DNA of 55,282 bases from an uncultured Christensenella sp. (GCA_964411325.1 CAYPKM010000001.1:1-55282), one strand, 5' to 3'. Shown: positions 1-8,511, numbered from the stretch's first letter. Numbers and translations are program-made. The notes: generated from the sequence alone by a model not told the origin.

Positions 1-2
1 CT

Positions 3-575
3 GATGATGATCAAGGACCAACTGACCCAAGCGATCCAACTGACCCAACTAATCCAAGTGATACAGACAATTCAAATAACCAAAACTTTCTAATGGGGAT
101 AACGGCTACTACTGGTACAGACAATATGCTTATTTCATTAAATTATGATAGTGAAAATAACGGATTTTTGGCTACTTCTGAAGCTGAAGATCAAAAGGTT
201 CAAGATTTGGAAGTTGTTACCGAATCAAGTAATATTCTTATCAAATGCAATTATATTGTTTATTCATTGGAATATTTTGAAGAGGGAAATACTGTAAATA
301 TTGCTATCGGTCTTTGTGATGAATGGACAAATGAGAGTGGCTGGAAGATACTTGTTAGTGGTGATGAATCTGATCCCAAAGATATTACATTTGAATCTGA
401 TCAAATAACACTAATAAATGCAAAACTTGCCATGTGTACAGATCCAGACTCTTTAAGTTCTGAAGATGAGAGCAATCAAAAACCATATTTTGCTTTTGTT
501 TTGAGTAATGAAACACTTGGTGTGTCTATAACATTCAATTGTATGTTTACAACATCAGATGATATTGAAATGTAA
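3..575 (+). CDS. C-terminal part of a larger secreted/surface protein (5' end lies outside the window)
   Basis: Frame 3 is open from base 3 (DDDQGPTDPSDPTDPTNPSDTDNSNNQNFL...) into the listed 93..575 ORF. An acidic D-P-[TS] linker repeat is followed by a Ser/Thr/Asp-rich domain. Stop at 573-575, then a hairpin terminator. No family recognised. Confidence 0.55.
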   Translation, partial: DDDQGPTDPSDPTDPTNPSDTDNSNNQNFLMGITATTGTDNMLISLNYDSENNGFLATSEAEDQKVQDLEVVTESSNILIKCNYIVYSLEYFEEGNTVNIAIGLCDEWTNESGWKILVSGDESDPKDITFESDQITLINAKLAMCTDPDSLSSEDESNQKPYFAFVLSNETLGVSITFNCMFTTSDDIEM

Positions 576-594
576 ATGTGTTTTATACAATAAC

Positions 595-624
595 GAAAAA
601 AGTCCACAACAGTGGACTTTTTTG
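595..624 (+). terminator. Rho-independent terminator
   Basis: Stem agtccac (601-607) / gtggact (612-618), loop aaca, followed by a T6 run (619-624). Confidence 0.8.
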
Positions 625-704
625 TGATTGTGTAAAACACTTGGGGGAGTGACGGCTTTTATGTTTTATTGCTCAAGACTTTGAGTTTTTATTTATTATA
701 GGTA

Positions 705-733
705 TTGACAATAGGATATGAAAATGTTAAAAT
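705..733 (+). promoter_or_regulatory. Consensus sigma-A-type promoter with no obvious downstream + strand gene
   Basis: TTGACA (705-710), 17-nt spacer ending in TGt, TAAAAT (728-733). It points into the 3' end of the minus-strand gene 742-1413. Confidence 0.45.
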
Positions 734-741
734 TTAATAAC

Positions 742-1413
742 TTAATTATTTGGACAAATTTTATCTATGTTTCCAAATTTGAATATTTCATTTGTTTTTC
801 TATTGATTACGATATAAGAATTGTTAGGAATGGTATATATGGAAATGTTTTTCTTATTAGCAAGCAATTGAATATTCTTTAAATACTCTATGTTGTCCTG
901 AGTATGCACATCTATCGAAAAATTGCAATTAATTGCTCCAAATCCATTATAAAAAGAATTGCATTCATAATAATTGTTTTGCATTGGCAATCCGTATATC
1001 GGAAACTGAAGTACACTACCAGCACTTTCTCCAATAAGTATTCCTGAATATTTTGTAAACAAATCTAGAACATTCAATCTTATTGCAAGGGTCATAAACA
1101 TTTCTGGATTTCCACCGGGTATAAAAATGCCATCACAATTATCTAAAATATTGATTATCTCGTTTCTTGATGTCTCATATGGATTTACAAATTGAATTTT
1201 CTCTCTAGCCATTCCTAAAATTTCCATTTGTGAAATGAATTTTTCATAGTGACGCCCACCTTCTTCTAAGAAGTCTTCTGATATGTTTGCAATTCTTTCA
1301 TCTGCAAATGTCCAAGGGAATATCGCCAATTTTTTAATATTAATATATTGAAAACATTGTTCTAAATTTTCTTTGCTAACTTCATTAATTTTACTAAACA
1401 AAATACTATACAT
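742..1413 (-). CDS. Peptidase S51 (dipeptidase E / cyanophycinase-like) family protein
   Basis: 223 aa. 'IFIPGGNPEMF' and the nucleophile-elbow-like 'LIGESAGSV' match the S51 pattern. GGAGA RBS before ATG 1413. Confidence 0.55.
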   Translation of the reverse strand: MYSILFSKINEVSKENLEQCFQYINIKKLAIFPWTFADERIANISEDFLEEGGRHYEKFISQMEILGMAREKIQFVNPYETSRNEIINILDNCDGIFIPGGNPEMFMTLAIRLNVLDLFTKYSGILIGESAGSVLQFPIYGLPMQNNYYECNSFYNGFGAINCNFSIDVHTQDNIEYLKNIQLLANKKNISIYTIPNNSYIVINRKTNEIFKFGNIDKICPNN

Positions 1414-1486
1414 ATATATATCTCCTATTATTTTAAATTAATTATATCAAAAGTTTTTGTGCAAAACAAATAAAAGTGAGGATAAA

Positions 1487-2566
1487 ATGAATAAAATAAT
1501 TACAACATTGCCAATAAAACCACAAAGCAATATGAAAACAGGATTAATATTAAGTCCATTGGTTTTAGATGTCTTGTCAAATTTAGTTGATTGTAAAAGT
1601 GTTTTAATGTTAAATCTTTTACATTCGTTTAAGGATTATACGATTCACAAACAAAATTTTATAGATGAACTTGAATCTAATGAGTTACACTTTGATAAAG
1701 TGGATTCGGATGTTAATAATATCCATAAGTATAAAAATATAATAAAAGACTTGTATGATTTAAATATATTAAAAAAGGAGGAGACAATAAATTATAAGTG
1801 TGAGTGTGGGAAAGTTGATATAAAAAAAGATCTTTTACATGAAATATTTAACAAGAAAATGATTGAACTTAAAGATGATGAATATGTTTGTACATCGTGT
1901 TTGTCGCCATTACATTTAATCCCAACAAAAAGTCTGGTGATGGGATGTTCGAAAATAACGGAATGTCCAATTAATGTGTTTCCTAGATTTATTGAAGAAA
2001 AAGCGAAAAGGGGATTAAAAACTTTAGAAGGTTCATCATTTGTTATAACCAAGAATAGAGATACTGGTGTTTCTGTTAATATAGAAGAAGATACATATAA
2101 TATTGACATTGATTTTCTATTGTATTTAACGCCACAACTATTTGATGAAGATGATATTACTATGGTTTGTTGTAATAGACATATTATCCATACATTATTA
2201 ACTAATTACATTAATCATATTTATGGACATAAAAAATTAACATTTATTGAGCATCCATACATTGTAAGTTCAAAGACTGACGATAGTTATTCAAGCCTCT
2301 TGCAATGTGAAAATAAAGATTTAATAAAAGCAAGTTTGATGGCAATGATTTCTTGGAATAATAATGATTGCAAATGGGATGAAGGAAAATATAAATATTT
2401 AAAGAAAAACCAACAATATATTAATTGTGTGTTGCAACAAAATGAGTGCAAAAAAGTAGACATTCAAGAAATAATCGAAAATACAAATAATTCTCTTACA
2501 AATTATTGCTCAGTAATAAACAATATCAAACAATACAAAAATATGGAGAATGAATGGCAAAAATAA
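1487..2566 (+). CDS. Hypothetical Cys-rich protein (two Cys pairs, possible zinc knuckle), first gene of a three-gene operon
   Basis: The ATG at 1487 has a GTGAGGA RBS. The track start at 1457 is a TTG without an RBS. CECG...(about 45 aa)...CTSC. No family motif recognised with confidence. Confidence 0.6.
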   Translation: MNKIITTLPIKPQSNMKTGLILSPLVLDVLSNLVDCKSVLMLNLLHSFKDYTIHKQNFIDELESNELHFDKVDSDVNNIHKYKNIIKDLYDLNILKKEETINYKCECGKVDIKKDLLHEIFNKKMIELKDDEYVCTSCLSPLHLIPTKSLVMGCSKITECPINVFPRFIEEKAKRGLKTLEGSSFVITKNRDTGVSVNIEEDTYNIDIDFLLYLTPQLFDEDDITMVCCNRHIIHTLLTNYINHIYGHKKLTFIEHPYIVSSKTDDSYSSLLQCENKDLIKASLMAMISWNNNDCKWDEGKYKYLKKNQQYINCVLQQNECKKVDIQEIIENTNNSLTNYCSVINNIKQYKNMENEWQK

Positions 2567-3315
2567 AATTAATTAAAAAAGAAAAAAGTCCAATCAAAAT
2601 GATTGTTTTAGATTATGACAACACATTAAGAATGGATGATAATCTTGTCAAGTATTTGACAAGATTTAAAGATATTAATGAATATGAATTGGAATTAAAA
2701 AACTTGTTGCGAAAAATCATAAACAATAACGTATTAATTGTTATTAATACAGGGAGAAGTTTTTATAGTTTTAAGGAATCAAATGTGTTTCCTTATAATT
2801 ATCTATGTTGTAATAATGGTTGTGAAATTTATGATTCAGATGATAATTTATTAGAATATCGTAGTATGGAGAAAGACGATATTGATAAAATTGAATCATT
2901 CAACTTTTCCACCGATTGCGAAATAAAAAAATATTATCCTAAAAGTATAAATAGTACATATTCATTAACGGCAGTTAGCATAAAAAATAAAAATGTTTCA
3001 GAATTTCAAAAAATCATTGAACATTTTAGTAAAAATCTTTTATCGGTAAAAACTTGTTTTTCTTATCCCAAAATTAGATTGATAAATGCTAAAACTAATA
3101 AATTTAAGATTTTGTCGTTTTTCATAAATAATTTAAATATAAATATTGATGAAATTAGGGCAATTGGAGATGATGATAATGATTATGAATTATTAAAAGG
3201 TTTGAAAAGTGCAAGTTTGGTATGGCAGAGTAAAAAAATTAAAAAATTAAAATTGAAAATTTATAACAGTGTGTTTGATTATATATTAAGTTTGGATAAG
3301 GAATATGAAAAATAA
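2554..3315 (+). CDS. HAD-IIB (Cof-type) phosphatase
   Basis: Motif I 'VLDYDNTL' (DxDxT), 'INTGR', motif IV 'GDDDNDYELL'. The start overlaps the upstream ORF by 13 nt. Confidence 0.7.
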   Translation: MAKIKLIKKEKSPIKMIVLDYDNTLRMDDNLVKYLTRFKDINEYELELKNLLRKIINNNVLIVINTGRSFYSFKESNVFPYNYLCCNNGCEIYDSDDNLLEYRSMEKDDIDKIESFNFSTDCEIKKYYPKSINSTYSLTAVSIKNKNVSEFQKIIEHFSKNLLSVKTCFSYPKIRLINAKTNKFKILSFFINNLNINIDEIRAIGDDDNDYELLKGLKSASLVWQSKKIKKLKLKIYNSVFDYILSLDKEYEK

Positions 3316-4393
3316 TTTGGTTTTACATTTTTTAGATGATGAAATAATTGAAAGTAATAGATTAATTTTAAAATACAGGAAGTTATATACGGAATACATA
3401 CGTAAAAATTGTGGTCTTAGTGAAAAAAGAATAATTGTTTTGAAAATTATTAAAGACATATTAGACGATTATTCTTATTTTAATGGTAATGCAATTGTCT
3501 TTTTTACTGGAAGTTATGCTAGAGGAATTCTAAAAGAATTAAGTGACTTTGACTTAAATGTAATATATTTGCGTGGTAGTGGTAAGAAATACAAAAAGTA
3601 TGAAGAATTGTTTTATTACATTGTATGTTCTGTTTTTGATATGAATAGAAAGTTGGTGCATCCAGTACTTGTTACATTTAATGATGATGATAATGCAAAG
3701 TATGTAAAAAATTTAATGGATCAAAAAGATTATAATATAACATTATTAAGTAATAGTTTTAATGTTAATTATATTGTTCCAGGAAGTTCTAAAAAAAGGA
3801 TGTATTTGCAATATTTAAATAATAAAAACTATAAAGTTATATTTAATAAACTGAAAAATAATCCTTTAAGAGAGTGGCAGTTTACTTTTAAATTTTTAAA
3901 TGAGAACAAAAAAATAAAAAATTATTATTCTTGTTTTAAAAACAATTTGGTCAAACAGGAAAGTTTAAGAGGAAAAATTGAAGAATTAAAAGATTATATA
4001 GGGAAACTTATTAGTAATAATTTTAATACGTCTCAAGATGTTGTAAATACGAAAGATATAAAACAATATTATCAACAAGATGCATTGCAATTGATTTATA
4101 ATTATATTTTGTTTAAAAAAATTATTAGTAAAGATTCATGTTTAGACTTGTCAGATTTGAATTGTCAAAATAATTATGAATCATCTATGATTATTGAATA
4201 TACAAACAACCTAGAATTGTTGAGGCGAGTATTTCAAGAAAATAAGTTAGAGTACAGTATTCACGAGTCAAATGTAGTCAATATTGGAGATAAGGACAAG
4301 AAAGAATTAAGAAAAGTTATTATAATGATAGATAATTGTTTATCAAAAATAAAGGAAAAAATACTAAAGGAATTAAAAAAAGAATTGATTTAA
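3305..4393 (+). CDS. Pol-beta superfamily nucleotidyltransferase with a long helical C-terminal region
   Basis: 'FFTGSYARGILKELSDFDLNVIY' is G-S-x(9-10)-D-x-D. 362 aa. The start overlaps the HAD ORF by 11 nt. Confidence 0.65.
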   Translation: MKNNLVLHFLDDEIIESNRLILKYRKLYTEYIRKNCGLSEKRIIVLKIIKDILDDYSYFNGNAIVFFTGSYARGILKELSDFDLNVIYLRGSGKKYKKYEELFYYIVCSVFDMNRKLVHPVLVTFNDDDNAKYVKNLMDQKDYNITLLSNSFNVNYIVPGSSKKRMYLQYLNNKNYKVIFNKLKNNPLREWQFTFKFLNENKKIKNYYSCFKNNLVKQESLRGKIEELKDYIGKLISNNFNTSQDVVNTKDIKQYYQQDALQLIYNYILFKKIISKDSCLDLSDLNCQNNYESSMIIEYTNNLELLRRVFQENKLEYSIHESNVVNIGDKDKKELRKVIIMIDNCLSKIKEKILKELKKELI

Positions 4394-4551
4394 ATTATTT
4401 CAAGGATTGTGTCTTTAGTATAAACACAAAAATTACCATAAAAAACGAAAACGGCAATACTTTCTGTGCTTTTTAGAAAGAAGTTTAAAGATGTTTGTCT
4501 CCTCCAGACGGTCCTTGGACTCTATTTGATATCAATCTTTAGCCATAGAAT

Positions 4552-4588
4552 CAAAAAGCATCACTAAAAATTTTAGCGATGCTTTTTT
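4552..4588. terminator. Bidirectional hairpin terminator between convergent genes
   Basis: Stem agcatcac (4557-4564) / gcgatgct (4576-4583) with one mismatch. An A-run lies upstream and a T-run (4583-4588) downstream. Confidence 0.6.
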
Positions 4589-4610
4589 CGTGCTATTGTA
4601 AAAAATAATA

Positions 4611-5111
4611 TTAAGTTATTCTTACCACATCTAGTTCGGCTTTGTTTACTGTTACTGTCGAGGAACTTCTATTGTAGATAGAAACAACTGTAGGGGATGA
4701 TGAAATGTTTAGATATATAGTGTGGCTAGTAGTGCCAACTGTTGCACCATCTGCAATTGTTACTACAAATGTGTAATCTGTGCCATCTACGGCGATTGCG
4801 AAATTGTACGAGCCTGTGTCGCCTGTTGCTTCCAAAGTGGTAGTTATTAGATATAGTCCTGTGCTATTTATCCTTACTGTGTTATTGACAAATAGCATAT
4901 CTGCATCATTTGTCAAAACATTGGTGCCGGTAATAGAAACAACTGAATTAGTTGCGACAGACTGGGTTGTGTCGTTTCTATTGGTACTAGCGCTAAGAGT
5001 AGCAGTTCCGTCTCTGCCAGCAGGACCTTGAGGGCCGGCTGGACCAGTAATATAGACATACCTAGTAATTGTTTGTGGTAGGTTTCCTCCACAACAACAA
5101 TTATTATTCAT
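4611..5111 (-). CDS. Short collagen-like protein with BclA/C1q-like C-terminal domain and Cys-rich N-terminus
   Basis: The ATG at 5111 has an AAGGAGA RBS. The track's longer start at 5192 lacks one. The protein begins MNNNCCCGGNLPQTITRYVYIT, then has five GXY triplets (GPAGPQGPAGRDGTA), then a Thr/Ser/Val-rich beta-type domain of about 125 aa. Confidence 0.65.
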   Translation of the reverse strand: MNNNCCCGGNLPQTITRYVYITGPAGPQGPAGRDGTATLSASTNRNDTTQSVATNSVVSITGTNVLTNDADMLFVNNTVRINSTGLYLITTTLEATGDTGSYNFAIAVDGTDYTFVVTIADGATVGTTSHTIYLNISSSPTVVSIYNRSSSTVTVNKAELDVVRIT

Positions 5112-5214
5112 AAAAGTCTCCTTGAGGGATATTTCCCAATTGTTTTTCGTGATGTTAAAATTTGTGCAAGTAGCAAGAGCCTTCAAAAGCAATTAAAATA
5201 TTAACATCACCTAA

Positions 5215-5261
5215 TGCATATTATGCACGGCACACTTTTTTTGTTTAAAAAAAGCAAACTT
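5215..5261. repeat. Intergenic repeat copy A
   Basis: Shares 'tttttttgtttaaaaaa(a)gcaaactt' and an upstream 'atatt(a/g)tgcac' with copy B at 6144-6188. Confidence 0.6.
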
Positions 5262-5296
5262 TTAAAAAGTCGAAAAACATTTTTCAAGTTTGCTTT
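5244..5296 (-). terminator. Terminator of the HD-domain gene
   Basis: Arms aagcaaactt (5252-5261) / aagtttgctt (5286-5295). On the minus strand the hairpin is followed by a T7 run. Confidence 0.6.
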
Positions 5297-5324
5297 GATT
5301 GAATATTTTTTGATGAAAAATATA

Positions 5325-5975
5325 TTATAATTGTTTGTCGTGAGTTTCGCTAATATTGTTGTTTAAAGCATAGTTGGAAATGGTTCTAAAATTATTATCA
5401 TAAGGATATGTTTGCTGTCCAAATTTCAACCACATAGTTGACCATGAGGTGTTAGTTTTGAGCAAGTCTTGAACCCTTTGGTCTTTTGCTGTGTTGTTAT
5501 TGTCTTGTTTTTCCAAATCAACGCAACCTTCTTCGTCGTATAGTTTACATTGCAAATCACATTCTAATTTGTCACATTGATAAGCGAATATAGCTTCTTT
5601 TGTTTTGCGAGCATCAAATTCCAAAAACAATTCTTCAATTTGTTTTCCGTCCATTAGTCCATTCAATATTTGATGAACGGCATTGTGTTCCAGATTTTCT
5701 TTTTCTTCTTTTGATATTTGAAATTGTGTTAGATCACCGATAATAGTTTCGCCAAGTTCGTGAATGGCTAGCATTGACAAGACTTTCTTAATGTCTACAT
5801 CATACTGATATTCAGATTTCATAGCAACAGCAAGCATTTGTACTCCAAAGATATGCTCCGCAACACTCTCAATTCTGTCTCTTTGGACATTCCAGTTTTT
5901 CCAACCAGTTCTAATAATATTTTTTAATCTATTGCAAATTACATAGTATTTAATTACTTCTTGTTCTTTTGACAT
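5325..5975 (-). CDS. HD-domain phosphohydrolase (YfbR-like 5'-deoxynucleotidase family)
   Basis: 'RIESVAEHIFGV', 'LAIHELGETIIGD', and a later 'D' motif match the HD_3-type pattern. AGGAG RBS. Confidence 0.65.
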   Translation of the reverse strand: MSKEQEVIKYYVICNRLKNIIRTGWKNWNVQRDRIESVAEHIFGVQMLAVAMKSEYQYDVDIKKVLSMLAIHELGETIIGDLTQFQISKEEKENLEHNAVHQILNGLMDGKQIEELFLEFDARKTKEAIFAYQCDKLECDLQCKLYDEEGCVDLEKQDNNNTAKDQRVQDLLKTNTSWSTMWLKFGQQTYPYDNNFRTISNYALNNNISETHDKQL

Positions 5976-6143
5976 GTATGCTCCTAATTACTTTAATTGT
6001 TATTTTATATTTCGATTTTAACACAGGGATTAATTTTTTGCAATATAGAAATATTATTTTTGCAATTTCTAGTGTGAATATTGTTTTTCTTTTTTTGGTC
6101 AACCTGACTTGATTTGTGTTTGCGAACAAAAACATCGCTTAAT

Positions 6144-6188
6144 TTATATTGTGCACAACTCAATTTTTTTGTTTAAAAAAGCAAACTT
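6144..6188. repeat. Intergenic repeat copy B
   Basis: See copy A. It lacks the complementary arm, so it is not a hairpin here. Confidence 0.6.
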
Positions 6189-6201
6189 CTACAAAAGGAT
6201 T

Positions 6202-6229
6202 TTGATTTTTTGGGGAAATATGTTAAAAT
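6202..6229 (+). promoter_or_regulatory. Candidate ugd promoter
   Basis: TTGATT, 16-nt spacer, TGtTAAAAT (-10 at 6224-6229). Confidence 0.4.
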
Positions 6230-6262
6230 CACAAAACTATTAGATACAAAAGGAGAAATTTA

Positions 6263-7459
6263 GTGAAAAATATTGTAGTGTTTGGAATGGGGTATGTCGG
6301 GCTTTCAAATTCACTTTTGTTAGCACAAAACAATAATGTTGTAGGCATAGAGATTGATAAGAAAAAGGTGGAATTATTAAATAACAAAATATCTCCTATC
6401 GAAGACAAAGAGATATCTGAATTTTTGAAAAACGAAGATTTGCATTTTGTTGCAAAAGTAGAAGATGATGAGATGGTGTCAAAGGCAGATTATGTTTTGG
6501 TTTGTACGCCAACTAATTATGATGAGATAAATGAGTATTTCAATGTGTCTTCTGTAAATAGTGTTATAGACAAGGTTGTCGCAATCAACAAAAATGCAGT
6601 AATTGTTGTCAAATCCACAATTCCAGTGGGTTTTGTAGATAGTGTGGTTAAAAAACACCCGGATATCAATATCTTGTTTTCGCCTGAGTTTTTGAGAGAG
6701 GGGCAGGCTTTGAAAGACAATCTTTATCCATCAAGAATTATTGTAGGAACGGATTTGAAAAACAAAAAGTTGTGCGAGTCTGCCGAAGAGTTTAGAGATA
6801 TAATGTTGCAATCGGCTATGGCTCAAGACGTGCCAACTTTTATAATGGCTTATCAAGAAGCAGAGAGCGTGAAGTTATTTTCAAATACATATCTAGCAAT
6901 GAGAGTTGCGTTCTTTAATGAATTGGATAGTTTCGCTTTGAACAAAAATTATAATTCCAAAGCCATTATCGAGGGTGTATGTGCAGACAAAAGAATCGGT
7001 GCGTATTACAATAATCCATCATTTGGATATGGTGGTTATTGCCTGCCAAAAGATACCAAACAATTATTTGCCGAATACGAAAGAACTTTCGTACCTAATG
7101 AATTGATGAAAGCCATAGTTGATTCCAATTCGTGTAGAAAGAAAGTTATTTTGAAAGATATTTTGGAAAGAACACAGCCAGAAGATGTAATTGGTGTGCA
7201 TAGACTTGCTATGAAGGCTAATTCGGATAATTGCAGGTCTAGTGCAATTGTTGATGTGGTGAAGATGTTGGCAAGATACAGAAAGGTGATTGTGTATGAA
7301 CCTACAATTGCAGATTTGGGAGTAGACAATGTGGAAATGGTGAATTCGCTTGAGACATTGAAGACTAGTTCGCAATTAATACTAGCAAATAGAATAACCA
7401 AAGATATTTCTGATGTGGTAGAAAAGGTGTACACAAGAGATATCTACAATCGCGATTAA
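6263..7459 (+). CDS. ugd: UDP-glucose 6-dehydrogenase
   Basis: N-terminal 'VFGMGYVGLS' Rossmann motif and catalytic 'GGYCLPKD'. GTG start with AAGGAGA RBS. Confidence 0.85.
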   Translation: MKNIVVFGMGYVGLSNSLLLAQNNNVVGIEIDKKKVELLNNKISPIEDKEISEFLKNEDLHFVAKVEDDEMVSKADYVLVCTPTNYDEINEYFNVSSVNSVIDKVVAINKNAVIVVKSTIPVGFVDSVVKKHPDINILFSPEFLREGQALKDNLYPSRIIVGTDLKNKKLCESAEEFRDIMLQSAMAQDVPTFIMAYQEAESVKLFSNTYLAMRVAFFNELDSFALNKNYNSKAIIEGVCADKRIGAYYNNPSFGYGGYCLPKDTKQLFAEYERTFVPNELMKAIVDSNSCRKKVILKDILERTQPEDVIGVHRLAMKANSDNCRSSAIVDVVKMLARYRKVIVYEPTIADLGVDNVEMVNSLETLKTSSQLILANRITKDISDVVEKVYTRDIYNRD

Positions 7460-7477
7460 TTTTAAAAAAAGGCTTAG

Positions 7478-7525
7478 AGATACTGCCAAGTAAGTTTGGC
7501 AGATATCCCCAAAGTCTTTTTTTTG
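7478..7525. terminator. Hairpin between convergent ugd and the 7548-8357 gene
   Basis: ctgccaa (7485-7491) / ttggcag (7497-7503), with A- and T-rich runs on both sides. Confidence 0.45.
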
Positions 7526-7547
7526 TTTCTTGGGAAGAATATGTGGG

Positions 7548-8357
7548 TCAAGACAATTGCTTGTTTTGCCAAGAAGTATATTCTTTTTGGAAATTTGTAG
7601 AATAAACTTTTGCTTTTGCTTTTTGAAACTTTTCATATTTGGTTGCAAAAGAAGATTGACTTTCGTTTGTAATCTTTTTCATATGGTTTGAGTATTTTTC
7701 GGTGTTTAAATTTGTTAATTTTTCTTTTAAATCAATTTCATTTTTGGTTGGAGAAAATTTATTTTCTATATGGTAATTATTTGTCAAATTAATTAGTTTT
7801 ACCTCGCTTAATTTTCCCAATTGCTTTAGTGAATACTCAGGTAGAGATTGGTGCAATGTTTGCATTAATTTAAACTTGTTTGCACAACAAATATTATTTT
7901 TCTTTTTTTCATCAAACATATTTCTGTCTTCGTAGTTTTCGGTGACGGCACATAGTATTTCTTTTTGCTTTAGATATTTATTGACACTTTGAACAATATG
8001 TACGTCCAAGGCTTGTGTAATGCCGTCTATTACCGTGATATTAATTGCGTTGTCTTCGCCGTCTACATCGATGTATCCAGTCCTAGCACAAAGGTCTATA
8101 AAGTCTGTGCTAACGTCGCTTATGTCTTTGCCTTTGTAATCGGTATTTGCAAGTACAATTCTAGCATCATCATTGAGTGGTCTGCAACTAACTACTTTGA
8201 AGTGCTTGTCGCAGAGAAATTCCACACGTGGATTTATTTCTAATTGTACATAATTGTAGTCTTGTGCAGTAATTCCCGAAAAAATAATAAATGCTATTGC
8301 ACTCAAGACTACAACTCCTACAAAGATTAAAGATAGTATTGTTCCTTTCTTTTCCAT
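7548..8357 (-). CDS. Membrane-anchored protein with an RsgI-middle-domain-like region and a Lys-rich C-terminus
   Basis: Start taken at 'MEKKGTILSLIFVGVVVLSAIAFIIF' (single TM). 'VQLEINPRVEF...VVSCRPLNDDA' resembles the RsgI middle domain. The track ORF (to 8783) extends antisense into folD and is rejected. Confidence 0.45.
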   Translation of the reverse strand: MEKKGTILSLIFVGVVVLSAIAFIIFSGITAQDYNYVQLEINPRVEFLCDKHFKVVSCRPLNDDARIVLANTDYKGKDISDVSTDFIDLCARTGYIDVDGEDNAINITVIDGITQALDVHIVQSVNKYLKQKEILCAVTENYEDRNMFDEKKKNNICCANKFKLMQTLHQSLPEYSLKQLGKLSEVKLINLTNNYHIENKFSPTKNEIDLKEKLTNLNTEKYSNHMKKITNESQSSFATKYEKFQKAKAKVYSTNFQKEYTSWQNKQLS

Positions 8358-8511
8358 AATCACCCGTAAATTTGCTTTTGGTTTATTTTTTGCAAACAAG
8401 AATTTTTTATGCAATAATGGCATTGGAGATTTCAAGATTGTTGGGCGTTTTTGTTTGTGAATTTTTGTAATTAATGCTAAATTAAATATAATGAAATTTG
8501 GAGGATGAAAT

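Noticed and set aside
3305-4393. The nucleotidyltransferase as a CBASS CD-NTase
   Set aside because: The GS...DxD motif is generic to the Pol-beta fold. No recognisable CBASS effector (patatin, endonuclease, TM/SAVED) or Cap2/Cap3 is adjacent, so the call would be unsupported. It remains a generic NTase inside an unexplained cassette.
4394-4551. 158-nt gap after the NTase gene as a possible small RNA
   Set aside because: It holds only short hairpins (ctttct/agaaag, tgtgt/acaca). No promoter, conserved motif or terminator pairing could be defined.
5210-5230. Sigma-K-type (CATAnnnTA) sporulation promoter upstream of the collagen-like gene and the micro-ORF
   Set aside because: Only the -10-like GCATAATAT is shared. 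The distances to the start codons differ (about 107 nt and about 44 nt). No convincing -35 'AC' lies at the right spacing, and there is no sporulation context in the window. It is kept only as a weak note.
5950-6135. 61-aa minus-strand ORF upstream of the HD gene
   Set aside because: It overlaps the HD gene start, has no RBS and is Lys/Ile-rich AT-driven sequence. It is more likely the 5' leader or promoter region.
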